Assembly: GCA_016868575.1 (NCBI GenBank)
Contig: VGGL01000006.1
Coordinates: 1 to 56,008 of the forward strand
Direction: 5' to 3'
From: Bacteroidota bacterium
GTDB lineage: Bacteria > Bacteroidota > Bacteroidia > Bacteroidales > FEN-979
Length of the DNA: 56,008 bases
The position numbers were made by a program, and so were the translations under genes. The notes beneath the pieces were generated by a model. The model was not told the DNA's origin, did no database searches, and was given only the letters and a program-made list of their open reading frames with translations. This document shows positions 31,769 to 41,507 of this stretch, one piece after another (within the stretch, counting starts at the first letter, position 1; each line of letters opens with the position of its first letter).

Positions 31769-33277
31769 GTGCCATCCGTCAAAACACTGGTACTTACCTG
31801 TTTGATTCTGATAAACAGCGTCTTCCTGCAGGCACAGTTTGATTTCAACCAAAACTGCAAACAAGCCTATCAATGCATCATCAGCCTTCAACTGCGTGAA
31901 GGCGAAAGACTCCTCGAAAAGGAAAAACAAAACCATCCCTCCAACGGAATTATCCTGCTGCTCGAAAACTATTCCGACTTCCTTGATTTATATATCAGTG
32001 AGGATGCTTCGGCATTCGCAAAGAAGAAGCATGTAAAATCGGAAAGGCTTTCTCAACTGGAAGGGAAAAACAAGAGCTCTCCCTATTATCATTATTCGCT
32101 GGCTGTCACACACATGCAGTGGGGTTTTATTTACCTGAAAAACGGTGAATACCTGAATGCAGGACTTGAATTCCGTAGCGCCAATACTTCCCTGGAGAGA
32201 AACAAAAAAGCATATCCGGGATTCCTGCCCGATCAGATCATCTCCGGTCTATTGCACGTAACCGTCGGCACCATCCCAGATGCTTACCGTTGGCTGACCG
32301 ATCTGAGTGGATTATCCGGAACGGTTGAACAGGGTATCGGGGAACTGCGTTCAGCGTTGAATACCATGAATAAAAGAACAGAATATGAATTTCTCAGGGC
32401 AGAGACCATGTTCTATCTTACCATGATCACACTCAGCATGCAAAAAGACAAGATTGCAGAATATGGGATCCTTGCCTACCTGGATGATCCGCGCTTCAAA
32501 GAATTACTTAAAACCAACCTTCTGGCGTCCTATGCAAAGGCCAATTTGTTGCTGCGAACAGGCCACAGCGATCAGGCCATCGAAGTACTCCTGAACAGAC
32601 CACGGGGAGATAATTATCTGCCCTATCCATGGTTAGACTATCTGACAGGTCTCGCCAAGCTGCACAGGCTCGATCAGGATGCAATCCCCTATTTTCAAAA
32701 ATTCCTCGCTGCAACAAAAGGGAAACGGTTCATCAAATCTGCATGGCAAAAGATCGGCTGGCAATACCTTCTGGCCGGAAAAACAGACTTGTATGAAAAG
32801 AATCTTCTTCAGGTTCTAAGCCATGGGAGCGAAGCAACAGAAGAAGATAAGAACGCACAAAAAGAAGCAACAAGCCGGTCTAAACCCAATTTAGTCCTTC
32901 TTCGTGCCAGATTGCTCTTTGACGGTGGCTATTACGAAAGGGCTCTTTCATTGCTTCAAAAAGAAGGTATGGATAAGGTTGTTCGCAACAATGATGACCT
33001 GATTGAATATGCTTACAGAATGGGTAGGATATACCATGAATGGGGCAAGAAAGAGCAGTCAATTCCTTTTTATGAGATGACCATTCGGTATGGGTCTGAT
33101 GAAAAGTCCTACTATGCCGCCAATGCGTGTCTTCAACTTGGACTGATATATGAAAATGCCGGAAATAAACAGGAGGCCATCCGCTATCTTAATAAATGCC
33201 TGTCGCTGGATTTTGAAGATTACCGGACCAGCATTCGCCAAAAAGCAAAAGCCGGCTTGAGCCGGCTTTCCAAATAA
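31769..33277 (+). CDS. Exported TPR-containing protein
   Basis: GTG start, signal peptide LQA|QFDF, helical repeats, ARLLFDGGYY, C-terminal TPRs (YAYRMGRIY, ACLQLGLIYE). Confidence 0.8.
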   Translation: MPSVKTLVLTCLILINSVFLQAQFDFNQNCKQAYQCIISLQLREGERLLEKEKQNHPSNGIILLLENYSDFLDLYISEDASAFAKKKHVKSERLSQLEGKNKSSPYYHYSLAVTHMQWGFIYLKNGEYLNAGLEFRSANTSLERNKKAYPGFLPDQIISGLLHVTVGTIPDAYRWLTDLSGLSGTVEQGIGELRSALNTMNKRTEYEFLRAETMFYLTMITLSMQKDKIAEYGILAYLDDPRFKELLKTNLLASYAKANLLLRTGHSDQAIEVLLNRPRGDNYLPYPWLDYLTGLAKLHRLDQDAIPYFQKFLAATKGKRFIKSAWQKIGWQYLLAGKTDLYEKNLLQVLSHGSEATEEDKNAQKEATSRSKPNLVLLRARLLFDGGYYERALSLLQKEGMDKVVRNNDDLIEYAYRMGRIYHEWGKKEQSIPFYEMTIRYGSDEKSYYAANACLQLGLIYENAGNKQEAIRYLNKCLSLDFEDYRTSIRQKAKAGLSRLSK

Positions 33278-33290
33278 AGTCCAGGATATT

Positions 33291-34757
33291 TTAGAACTTG
33301 ATTCCGAACGTTGCTATCGCATTATTCGTAAAATAATCGATTGTTGCAGGATTGACCAGGTTAGGATCATACAGGTAATAATCATCTCGCTGATGGGAAT
33401 AGGTGTAGCCGAGGTCGGCGAAGAAATGGTTATTCCTGAATCCAATACCCCCGGAAATGGCATACCGCATACCATCATTCGCACCATTCTTATATGGGGA
33501 TCCATAATAAGCATAGCCGGCTCTCAGAAATACTTTTCCTATCCTCCACTCGGTACCTGCCCTGAAATTCACAGGTGATAAGTACTTATTGGAAATCTCT
33601 TTGTTGATATCAGAGAAAACATCCTTCTCATCGGCATAAAACCTGGCCCTTCCGTAATCCACGTACTCATATTCTGCAGAGATAAGCCCATATTGCCCAA
33701 TGAGAAATGAAAGACTTCCAATGGCTCTCCAGGGCGTCATCAGATCATACTCATATTGACCGTATGGAGATTTCTGTAAACCCGGATCAAGAACGCTGTC
33801 ATACGTTGCCAGCATAGAGCTATTCCAGTCATCCTGAAGATTACCAAAATAGGTCGGAGTATGGATAGCGGCCCCAACGCGGAACCAGTCAGCCGGCCGA
33901 TAGATCACCCCTGCCTTGAGATTGATCCCGGTTCCTTTGGTGGAAAGATACTGATCAAACCTGAAACGGTTCAAATAGGCTATATTTCCTGCATTATCAT
34001 TTTCATCATACCTCGATTCTTCATAGTACCTTAGAACCGGGACACCAATGGAAATACCGAAATAGAGCCGGTCATTGAGATTCCCGCCCGCAGCCAGGAC
34101 CACCTCATGGATCGACCCATAGGTGAGAATGGATTTTTTTTGTAAGACCCCACCGGCTGGCATATCACATGTATACCTGTTCAGTGTCGAGTCATAATAG
34201 ATTAGATCTGAGCGAAGTGCCAGCCCTATATCAAAAGGATTGTCATATTCAGCCTGATCCGGAGTGATCCCGGGTTGGGCATTGAGGGTGTTAATATAAG
34301 ATGTCAACAGAGAGTTGGTTGGGTTAAAACCTTCAATATAAATACGGTTGTTAAAATTGTTCTGTGCATTGTACCCAATGGCAAACTGGATATTCCTGAT
34401 CCCATTTTCGTTACCCCCTGACGTCGGGATTGCGAAAACAAAACCAACATTACCGACATTAAAGTTACCTCTGATATCACTATTTATTTCACCTTGATAA
34501 TCTGCATTTGACGAACCAAATAAGAGGTTCGGTGAAATGGAAAATTCTGATGATTTGTAGAGGCCGATACCGCCAGGATTGGTGCTCAGGACACTGAAGT
34601 CAGCTCCCAGGGATCCGAATGCCCCTCCAACGCCGGTAAACCGGGCAGTACCACGATAGAATAACCGGGAATATCGAAGGGCATCAGTAGAAGATTGTGC
34701 ATAAGTTGTTGTCCATGCCACGCAAACGAGTGCCAGAGAAATGATGGTCTTTTTCAT
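33291..34757 (-). CDS. FadL/OmpP1/TodX-family outer-membrane beta-barrel
   Basis: Signal TYA|Q, DALRYS...GTARFTGVGGAFGSLGAD.S....NPGGIG, RVGAAIHTPT, LRAGYAYY.SP, terminal GIKF. Confidence 0.85.
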   Translation of the reverse strand: MKKTIISLALVCVAWTTTYAQSSTDALRYSRLFYRGTARFTGVGGAFGSLGADFSVLSTNPGGIGLYKSSEFSISPNLLFGSSNADYQGEINSDIRGNFNVGNVGFVFAIPTSGGNENGIRNIQFAIGYNAQNNFNNRIYIEGFNPTNSLLTSYINTLNAQPGITPDQAEYDNPFDIGLALRSDLIYYDSTLNRYTCDMPAGGVLQKKSILTYGSIHEVVLAAGGNLNDRLYFGISIGVPVLRYYEESRYDENDNAGNIAYLNRFRFDQYLSTKGTGINLKAGVIYRPADWFRVGAAIHTPTYFGNLQDDWNSSMLATYDSVLDPGLQKSPYGQYEYDLMTPWRAIGSLSFLIGQYGLISAEYEYVDYGRARFYADEKDVFSDINKEISNKYLSPVNFRAGTEWRIGKVFLRAGYAYYGSPYKNGANDGMRYAISGGIGFRNNHFFADLGYTYSHQRDDYYLYDPNLVNPATIDYFTNNAIATFGIKF

Positions 34758-34786
34758 ACTTGAATCTCCGCTATTTTTATGATTTT

Positions 34787-36325
34787 TTATTTCCGTCTTC
34801 CGCCACCGCCACTGCTGCCAGAGCTATGACCGCCACCTGAACCGCTTGATCTGGAAGGAGAAGAGTAACTTCTGCTGCCTGAACCAGATGATTGGGAACC
34901 GCTGGAGCGGCTGGGTTGTGAATAGCTTGGTGAACGGCTTGGCTGAGTATTGCTCCTGTTAATCTGTCTGGAGTTATCTGATTGTCTGGGAGGGCTCACC
35001 GATTGGTTAGAAGGAGATGGACGGGGTGATGCGCTTTGGTTTTCTCTACGCTGATAGTTTTGATTAGGTTGGGTTCTTGGACTGGTATACTCCTGGTTTG
35101 ATTTAGGCTGACGGTACGAAGGGGAAGTATAGGGTTGGGCATCCCGATTACCGGAGGGTTGTTCGGGTTTGCCATATTTTTCCTGTGATTGGGAAGAGCG
35201 ATTGAGCACCGGGTTGGTATACTGCCTGGGAGAATTTTGCTGACTTTGTTGAGGCCGTGTATAGTAATACCGCTGGGTAGGGCTTTGCTTATCCTGTTGA
35301 ACCTCCGAAGATATGGATTGAGATTTCTCATACGTCCAGCGGGATGTGGGGTCTGTTGAAGGTTTTGTATTTTCATCCCGTGTAACCGGTTTTATATTTT
35401 CCCGGCTGATGGTATTCTGATTTGCCGGATTTGTTTCTCTTTGAACAGTTTGATTTGTTACATTCTGTTCATTCTTTGTATCCCTCCGAACAGGATTATC
35501 AGATTCGTTGCGGGTGTAAGAAGGGTTATCTCTCTGAACCGTGCTTTTATTGACCTCGGAAGATCTGGAAACAGTTTGCAGGTCACGTTGGCGTTGGATC
35601 TGACTGCTATAATCCCGTGAACTTCTCTTAACGCCACCATCCGAAGCAAACGTTCTGCGTGGTCCATAGTAGTAGTTGTAATTCCAGTCATTGTTCCATG
35701 ACCAATATTGGCTGTTGTAGTATCCATCCCAGTAACCATTCCAGTAACCATTATAATAGCCGTTCCAGTAACCATTCCAGCCATACCAGCTGTACCAGGG
35801 GGAGTAATAGGAATAATAAGGATACCCCCACCAATAGTCGCAATAATAGGGATAACCCCAATAGTAGCTGGAATAGAAGCTTGGCCTGTACCAGTACCAT
35901 GACGGGTTGCCAAAATAAATGCTGACTCCATAATTTGGAGATGGATCATACCAGTAATCTTCGACGGATTCATCATAATAGCCACCGGAATTGGGATAAT
36001 GGAAGCGTTTGATCCTTTTGGCATAGATCAGTTCACCTTCGTCCTCCTCTATTTGTCCATTTTCACCAGAACTTCCTGCGAGATCGGCAGTGCTGTCTGG
36101 CAATGCGTAAAACCCGGAGGTGGTATCTTTAATCGCCTTCAGGTAGGTTTTTGATTTGATATGTTTGTTTTCCGGGTTTTCCCCTGTTTGCTTATCCTTT
36201 GTTTCTTTCTGATTCTTTGACTTAGTCCGGGAGAAGTAGACATCGTCCTGGGCAAGTGATCGCTGCATCAAAAAAGATGCAGAGAGGATCAGCATGAGCG
36301 TGATAATGAAGGGTTTTGTTTTCAT
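34787..36325 (-). CDS. Exported low-complexity protein (Tyr/Trp/Gly/Asn-rich core; Ser/Arg/Gln/Pro-rich disordered tail)
   Basis: Signal SLA|QDDVYFS, YAKRIKRFH, aromatic block, C-terminal SSGSSGGGGRRK. Confidence 0.8.
   Translation of the reverse strand: MKTKPFIITLMLILSASFLMQRSLAQDDVYFSRTKSKNQKETKDKQTGENPENKHIKSKTYLKAIKDTTSGFYALPDSTADLAGSSGENGQIEEDEGELIYAKRIKRFHYPNSGGYYDESVEDYWYDPSPNYGVSIYFGNPSWYWYRPSFYSSYYWGYPYYCDYWWGYPYYSYYSPWYSWYGWNGYWNGYYNGYWNGYWDGYYNSQYWSWNNDWNYNYYYGPRRTFASDGGVKRSSRDYSSQIQRQRDLQTVSRSSEVNKSTVQRDNPSYTRNESDNPVRRDTKNEQNVTNQTVQRETNPANQNTISRENIKPVTRDENTKPSTDPTSRWTYEKSQSISSEVQQDKQSPTQRYYYTRPQQSQQNSPRQYTNPVLNRSSQSQEKYGKPEQPSGNRDAQPYTSPSYRQPKSNQEYTSPRTQPNQNYQRRENQSASPRPSPSNQSVSPPRQSDNSRQINRSNTQPSRSPSYSQPSRSSGSQSSGSGSRSYSSPSRSSGSGGGHSSGSSGGGGRRK
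35717..35787 (-). repeat. Coding 12 bp tandem repeat (G-Y-W/Y-N units)
   Basis: CCAGTAACCATT occurs repeatedly on +; it encodes GWNGYWNGYYNGYWNGYWDGYY. Confidence 0.75.
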
Positions 36326-36371
36326 TGGGATTTCCTCCGATGGTTAAGTGAATGGCTATTGGGTTATTTCT

Positions 36372-36379
36372 TAATTTTG
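36372..36379 (+). promoter_or_regulatory. -7 promoter element (TAATTTTG) for proS
   Basis: Exact TAnnTTTG match 45 bp upstream of ATG. Confidence 0.6.
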
Positions 36380-36424
36380 CTAAAAAGTTTGCGGCTAAAG
36401 ACAAATATTATACCAAACTCATAA

Positions 36425-37900
36425 ATGGCTAAAGATTTTTCAACCAGAGAAGAAAATTATTCGCAATGGTACAATGACCTGGTAATCCGGGCAGACCTTG
36501 CCGAGAACAGCGCTGTACGTGGATGTATGGTCATCAAACCCTATGGGTTTGCCATTTGGGAAAAGATGCAGGCAGCCCTGGATAAAATGTTTAAAGATAC
36601 CGGCCATGTGAACGCCTATTTTCCCATTTTCATTCCAAAGTCATTTTTCAGCCGGGAAGCCAGCCATGTGGAAGGTTTTGCCAAAGAGTGTGCGGTGGTA
36701 ACCCATTACAGGTTAAAAAATGCACCCGACAACAAGGGGGTTGTTGTGGACGAAGATGCCAAACTCGAGGAGGAGTTGATTGTTCGCCCGACGTCTGAAA
36801 CGATTATCTGGGACACTTACAAAAATTGGATTCAGTCTTACAGGGACCTTCCCTTGCTGATCAATCAATGGGCCAACGTGGTCAGGTGGGAGATGCGGAC
36901 CCGCTTGTTTTTGAGAACTGCGGAGTTTCTTTGGCAAGAAGGGCATACGGCACACGCTACTTCTGAAGAAGCGCTAAATGAGGCCCTTACCATGCTTGAT
37001 GTGTATGCTACATTTGCTGAAAAATTCATGGCTATACCGGTACTTAAAGGTACAAAAACAGCTTCAGAGCGTTTTGCCGGGGCTATTGAAACCTTTGCCA
37101 TCGAAGCCTTGATGCAAGACGGGAAAGCATTGCAAGCCGGAACTTCACATTTTTTAGGTCAGAATTTTGCAAAGGCGTTTGATGTGAAATTCCTGAACCG
37201 GGAAAATCAACTTGACTTCGTCTGGGCAACGTCATGGGGCGTTTCGACAAGGCTTCTGGGTGCATTGATCATGTCACATTCGGATGATCATGGCCTTGTA
37301 TTGCCGCCTAAACTTGCGCCCACTCAAGTAGTTATTGTTCCTGTGTTTAAAACCAATGAGCAACTGGGGCAAATCTCCGAAGTCGCCAGAAAAATCCAAT
37401 CAAGTCTTCAACAGTCAGGTATATCTGTTAAATATGATGACCGGGATACCCAGAAGCCGGGTTGGAAGTTCACGGAATATGAGTTCAAGGGGGTACCGGT
37501 AAGACTGGTTCTCGGGCCCAGGGACCTTGAACAAGGCACGATTGAGGTTTTCCGGCGCGATACACTGGAAAAAGATATCCTTCAGGTTGAAGATATTGAC
37601 CGCAAAGTGATCCATCTGCTTGACCAGATACAGGAAAACCTTTATCAAAAAGCGATCGATTTCAGGGAAAACAATTCCCACATGGTGGATACCTGGGAGG
37701 AATTTCTTCAGAAAATAGAAGGACCGGGAGGATTTCTATACGCCCATTGGGATGGCACAGCTGAAACCGAGGCAAAAATCAAGGAAGAAACAAAAGCAAC
37801 CATTCGGGTTATACCGCTTGGGCAGCCGCTGGCAGAAGGAAAATGCATTTACTCCGGTAATCCTTCATCACAGCGGGTAATCTTTGCCCGGGCTTATTAA
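36425..37900 (+). CDS. proS: Proline--tRNA ligase (eukaryote/archaeal type)
   Basis: [54 protein letters not shown], terminal FARAY. Confidence 0.98.
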   Translation: MAKDFSTREENYSQWYNDLVIRADLAENSAVRGCMVIKPYGFAIWEKMQAALDKMFKDTGHVNAYFPIFIPKSFFSREASHVEGFAKECAVVTHYRLKNAPDNKGVVVDEDAKLEEELIVRPTSETIIWDTYKNWIQSYRDLPLLINQWANVVRWEMRTRLFLRTAEFLWQEGHTAHATSEEALNEALTMLDVYATFAEKFMAIPVLKGTKTASERFAGAIETFAIEALMQDGKALQAGTSHFLGQNFAKAFDVKFLNRENQLDFVWATSWGVSTRLLGALIMSHSDDHGLVLPPKLAPTQVVIVPVFKTNEQLGQISEVARKIQSSLQQSGISVKYDDRDTQKPGWKFTEYEFKGVPVRLVLGPRDLEQGTIEVFRRDTLEKDILQVEDIDRKVIHLLDQIQENLYQKAIDFRENNSHMVDTWEEFLQKIEGPGGFLYAHWDGTAETEAKIKEETKATIRVIPLGQPLAEGKCIYSGNPSSQRVIFARAY

Positions 37901-38643
37901 TTCAAGGGTATCAGCCGGCCTGTTCCGGTGTTATGCTGGGTTATTTTACCCGGATTTCCGGCATAATAGATATCACCGATTGATTCAATCTTGACACCCA
38001 ATTCCGTGATGGCATACACAAAACAATTATTGCTTCCCTTATGGGTAATAAAGCAGTAGTTGGATATCAGGTTGCGGCAGTCAATCAATCCGAGGTCTCC
38101 AGAATAGATTGAATTGATTCCGGCATTGCCGTGTATGACTATATCGGATGTTCCTGCATTCATGATAAAGTAGGAGCTGTAGACATCAATAACCAACTCA
38201 ATCTTTCCGCAACCACCCCAGACATCAACACAGAGCGAGTCTTCGCGGATCGTATCCAAATTGGAGATGTCTCCTGAAGACAAATAGGTGATCTTCCAGA
38301 GTTTGTCGAAATGAACATAGACATTGATCGGTTTGTTGTATGATCTCACCCAGTTGCAGGTATTGTCATTATAAATGAGGAGTTGTCGGTTTTTCACCTC
38401 GGTTTTGATGTCGGGCAACAGGTTCTTTCCGGCTTCAACTTCAACCTTGTAATTGCCATCATCAATCAGGATCATGTTGATGTTGTGGGACACATCAATG
38501 CTATCAAAGGGTTCGATGGATCTTTCCTCCATTTCGATGGGACCTGTACTGCGGAAGCAATCAAATGATTTATCCTTTCCACACCCTGATAGCCACAAAA
38601 GTCCAATGGTGCATATTCCTGCCAGAAGAGTAAGTCTTTTCAT
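37897..38643 (-). CDS. GIN/DUF2807 head-domain lipoprotein
   Basis: Lipobox LSGC after ATG 38643. [44 protein letters not shown]. Confidence 0.82.
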   Translation of the reverse strand: MKRLTLLAGICTIGLLWLSGCGKDKSFDCFRSTGPIEMEERSIEPFDSIDVSHNINMILIDDGNYKVEVEAGKNLLPDIKTEVKNRQLLIYNDNTCNWVRSYNKPINVYVHFDKLWKITYLSSGDISNLDTIREDSLCVDVWGGCGKIELVIDVYSSYFIMNAGTSDIVIHGNAGINSIYSGDLGLIDCRNLISNYCFITHKGSNNCFVYAITELGVKIESIGDIYYAGNPGKITQHNTGTGRLIPLN

Positions 38644-38644
38644 C

Positions 38645-39802
38645 TTAATATTTGACTTTAAAACGGTAGCCGAGGCCCCAGGTGACGAAATCGGCTCTCC
38701 CATAATGAACTTTCAAGGTGACATTGATTAGGAAGTTATCTGTTGCAGCAAGCTGGAAGCCAATTTTTTGATAGATAGGTCCATCGCTCTTCTCCCTGCC
38801 ACTGAGGTAGTACCCGAAGTTGAAAATGTAGGCCAGGTGTGACATATTCAACTGGTATGCAGCGCTTATCCCGCTTTTGACAATCTTCAGGTCATTGGGC
38901 TCGTCAATATTCTGACGGTGTAACAAATGGCGGTCGGATTGGTCATAAGTGAGGTCCCACCCGATGCCCCATTTGCTTTTTCCGGTGACTGGTAGAAAGG
39001 TATTGGAGGCTAAGCTGAAGACCATGTAATTTTGCCCGAAGATAGCTTCCATATTTTTCGTTCCCCAGCCGCCAATCAGGTCGATTTCTATATTTCGTTT
39101 CGGAATGGCCTCAAACGGGTCAGTTGGCGGGATCAGCCGATCAGTGATATTTTTATTGGGTCGTTTGAGCAGGTAGGCTGCGCTCACATTGATCATCGGA
39201 ATATTTAAGCCATAGTTAGGCAACTTGAGCGAGCCATTGGAAAAGTGCTGCAGGGAAATCCCGCCGGCAAGGGTCAGTCGTGATCCGACCTTGTACCTTG
39301 CCTCCAGCATCAGGTTGACCGCTGCATTGAAATGGGATCCGATGGCAAGGTTCTTATAATTTTCAATCCGATCGAATTTTTTTGTCAGATATCCCAATCC
39401 AAGGGCAAAGCGGAAGTGGAGGGCAAAATTATTGACTCTGAATAAAGGATAGTTGATATAGGGAAACAGGGCTGCAGCGCTCCCAAGACCAGGGGATTTG
39501 CTCAAAGCCGAATACCAGAAACCGATACCGATGATGGGATAGTTGTAGAGCTGTTCCCATTTTTGTTTTCCGTAGGTTGCTCGCGCCAGACTTATTTCAA
39601 ATGCAGGGAAATGGCCATCAAACTCAGCCAGTTCGATATGGTGGTTAAAAATAAATCCATAATGGAGCTTTGCTTCAACCACCAGGTTTGGGTTGATGAG
39701 CCGGTGATCAAATTGCCCCCTGCCAGACAGTGACCACAAGCAAAGCAGCAGACAGGCTAATCCTGTCCAGGCCCGGTATGCAGGATTGAGTGTATCAGGC
39801 AA
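38645..39802 (-). CDS. Acyloxyacyl hydrolase / PagL-like outer-membrane beta-barrel
   Basis: WEQLYNYP, GLGYLTKKFD...NYKNLAIGSHFN, PagL-type HFSNG..KLPNYGLN, C-terminal ADFVTWGLGYRF. Confidence 0.8.
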   Translation of the reverse strand: MPDTLNPAYRAWTGLACLLLCLWSLSGRGQFDHRLINPNLVVEAKLHYGFIFNHHIELAEFDGHFPAFEISLARATYGKQKWEQLYNYPIIGIGFWYSALSKSPGLGSAAALFPYINYPLFRVNNFALHFRFALGLGYLTKKFDRIENYKNLAIGSHFNAAVNLMLEARYKVGSRLTLAGGISLQHFSNGSLKLPNYGLNIPMINVSAAYLLKRPNKNITDRLIPPTDPFEAIPKRNIEIDLIGGWGTKNMEAIFGQNYMVFSLASNTFLPVTGKSKWGIGWDLTYDQSDRHLLHRQNIDEPNDLKIVKSGISAAYQLNMSHLAYIFNFGYYLSGREKSDGPIYQKIGFQLAATDNFLINVTLKVHYGRADFVTWGLGYRFKVKY

Positions 39803-39827
39803 ATTTTACGGTTGTTATGAATTGGGA

Positions 39828-39868
39828 CAAAATTAGCGAAAAGCGCTGGGCATAAATCACTACTTTTG
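39828..39868. promoter_or_regulatory. Divergent -7 promoter pair (TAATTTTG on -, 39828-39835; TACTTTTG on +, 39861-39868)
   Basis: Two exact TAnnTTTG matches in the 83 bp divergent spacer. Confidence 0.65.
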
Positions 39869-39885
39869 CTTTAAATGCCAAACTT

Positions 39886-40659
39886 ATGGATCAGGCTAAT
39901 GAGTCATTTGCCAAACTTCTTTCAATTATGCAAACGCTCAGGAAGAATTGTCCCTGGGATCAAAAACAAACCCTTGAGAGTTTGCGTTATCTGACCATTG
40001 AAGAGACCTATGAATTATCCGATGCCATCCTCTCAAAGGATTTGGGGGGGATCAAAAAGGAACTTGGAGATCTCATGCTGCACATTGTTTTTTATGCCAG
40101 AATCGCTTCAGAGCTAGAAGCTTTTAATATTAAAGATGTGATTGACAGCATCAACCAAAAGCTGATCACCAGACATCCGCACATTTATGGGGATGTGCAG
40201 GTTAAGGACGCAAAAGAAGTGAAGGATAACTGGGAGAAAATCAAACTTAAGGACAAAGAGAACAAGTCGGTGCTGGCTGGTGTTCCTGTATCCCTTCCGG
40301 CTCTTGTGAAAGCATACCGGATACAAGAAAAGGCCAGTGGTGTAGGCTTTGATTGGGAACATCCCGATCAGGTTTGGGAGAAAGTGGAAGAAGAGCTGAA
40401 CGAATTGAAAAAAGAGGTTGAAGATCAAGCTTCAGTTGAGGTCATTGAGTCGGAATTTGGTGACCTTTTATTTGCTTTGATCAATTATGCAAGGTTCATT
40501 GGGGTTAATCCTGAGGATGCTTTGGAAAAGACCAACCGGAAATTCATTCACCGGTTTACCTACCTTGAACAAGAAGCGCGGAAAAGGCATAAACCGCTGC
40601 ATGAAATGACGCTGAAGGAGATGGATGTTTTCTGGAACGAGGCAAAGAAACATGAGTAG
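39886..40659 (+). CDS. mazG: Nucleoside triphosphate pyrophosphohydrolase
   Basis: LRKNCPWDQKQT, IEETYEL, ELGDL, RHPHIY, GFDW, EFGDLLF, NRKFIHRF. Confidence 0.96.
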   Translation: MDQANESFAKLLSIMQTLRKNCPWDQKQTLESLRYLTIEETYELSDAILSKDLGGIKKELGDLMLHIVFYARIASELEAFNIKDVIDSINQKLITRHPHIYGDVQVKDAKEVKDNWEKIKLKDKENKSVLAGVPVSLPALVKAYRIQEKASGVGFDWEHPDQVWEKVEEELNELKKEVEDQASVEVIESEFGDLLFALINYARFIGVNPEDALEKTNRKFIHRFTYLEQEARKRHKPLHEMTLKEMDVFWNEAKKHE

Positions 40660-41476
40660 GCTATACATATTTATTCTATTTCTTTTCTGCTTTATTTATC
40701 AGAGAGCTGATGGTCAGTTTTCTGACACCCTAACCAAACCTGTCAGAAAAACCGGAATAGACCGCGCATACATCAAATCCTATTTTACCGATGCCGGTTC
40801 AATCCTGGTATCTCCGGTGAGATGGGAAAAAAAGGAATGGAGCATCGTTGCTGTTGCAACCGGCGCTGGCATGCTGTCCCTTGCATATGATCGGGAAATC
40901 CGGGACTTTTTTCAGCAGAACAGATCGCCTGTTACCGATAAGGTAAGCCGGTATTTTTTCAATCCGTTGGGCAGCGGACTCTATCTGGCACCGATCCTTG
41001 GAACGCTCTATGGTGTTGGATATTTCACACAAGATGAGACTGCCATGCAAGCAGCTTTGCGATGTGTCGAAGCTTATATCATTTCTGCCGGATTTGTGCA
41101 GGTCACCAAACACCTGATGCACCGGGCGAGACCTTATCAGCTTTCACCAGCAGATCCGTACCAGTGGGAAGGACCATTCGGGGATTTTTCCTACACTTCT
41201 TTTCCTTCCGGACATACCATCACCGTCTTTTCGGTAGCTACTGTTCTCTCATCCTATTACCGGGGAACGACCTGGGTGCCGATCGTTAGTTATTCTTTGG
41301 CAGCCTTGACCGGTCTTTCGAGGATAAGTACCGACAAGCATTGGGCGTCAGATGTGCTAACCGGAGCCGTACTGGGATATGGGATCGGGAAATTGATTGT
41401 AAACAAACACCATGGCCGGGACCGGTTTTTGCTCGGTGCAGGATGTAATCAAATAAGCCTGGCGTACAGGTTTTGA
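40652..41476 (+). CDS. PAP2 family phosphatase
   Basis: C1 KHLMHRARP, C2 PSGH, C3 SRISTDKHWASD. Signal peptide from ATG 40652. Confidence 0.9.
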   Translation: MSRLYIFILFLFCFIYQRADGQFSDTLTKPVRKTGIDRAYIKSYFTDAGSILVSPVRWEKKEWSIVAVATGAGMLSLAYDREIRDFFQQNRSPVTDKVSRYFFNPLGSGLYLAPILGTLYGVGYFTQDETAMQAALRCVEAYIISAGFVQVTKHLMHRARPYQLSPADPYQWEGPFGDFSYTSFPSGHTITVFSVATVLSSYYRGTTWVPIVSYSLAALTGLSRISTDKHWASDVLTGAVLGYGIGKLIVNKHHGRDRFLLGAGCNQISLAYRF

Positions 41477-41507
41477 ATGAATTCTGCGGTAAAGGAATCC
41501 CTTGAGA

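Noticed and set aside
35700-35900. Short direct repeats as a possible CRISPR or DGR element
   Set aside because: They are 12 bp coding units with no spacers, and there is no cas or reverse transcriptase gene.
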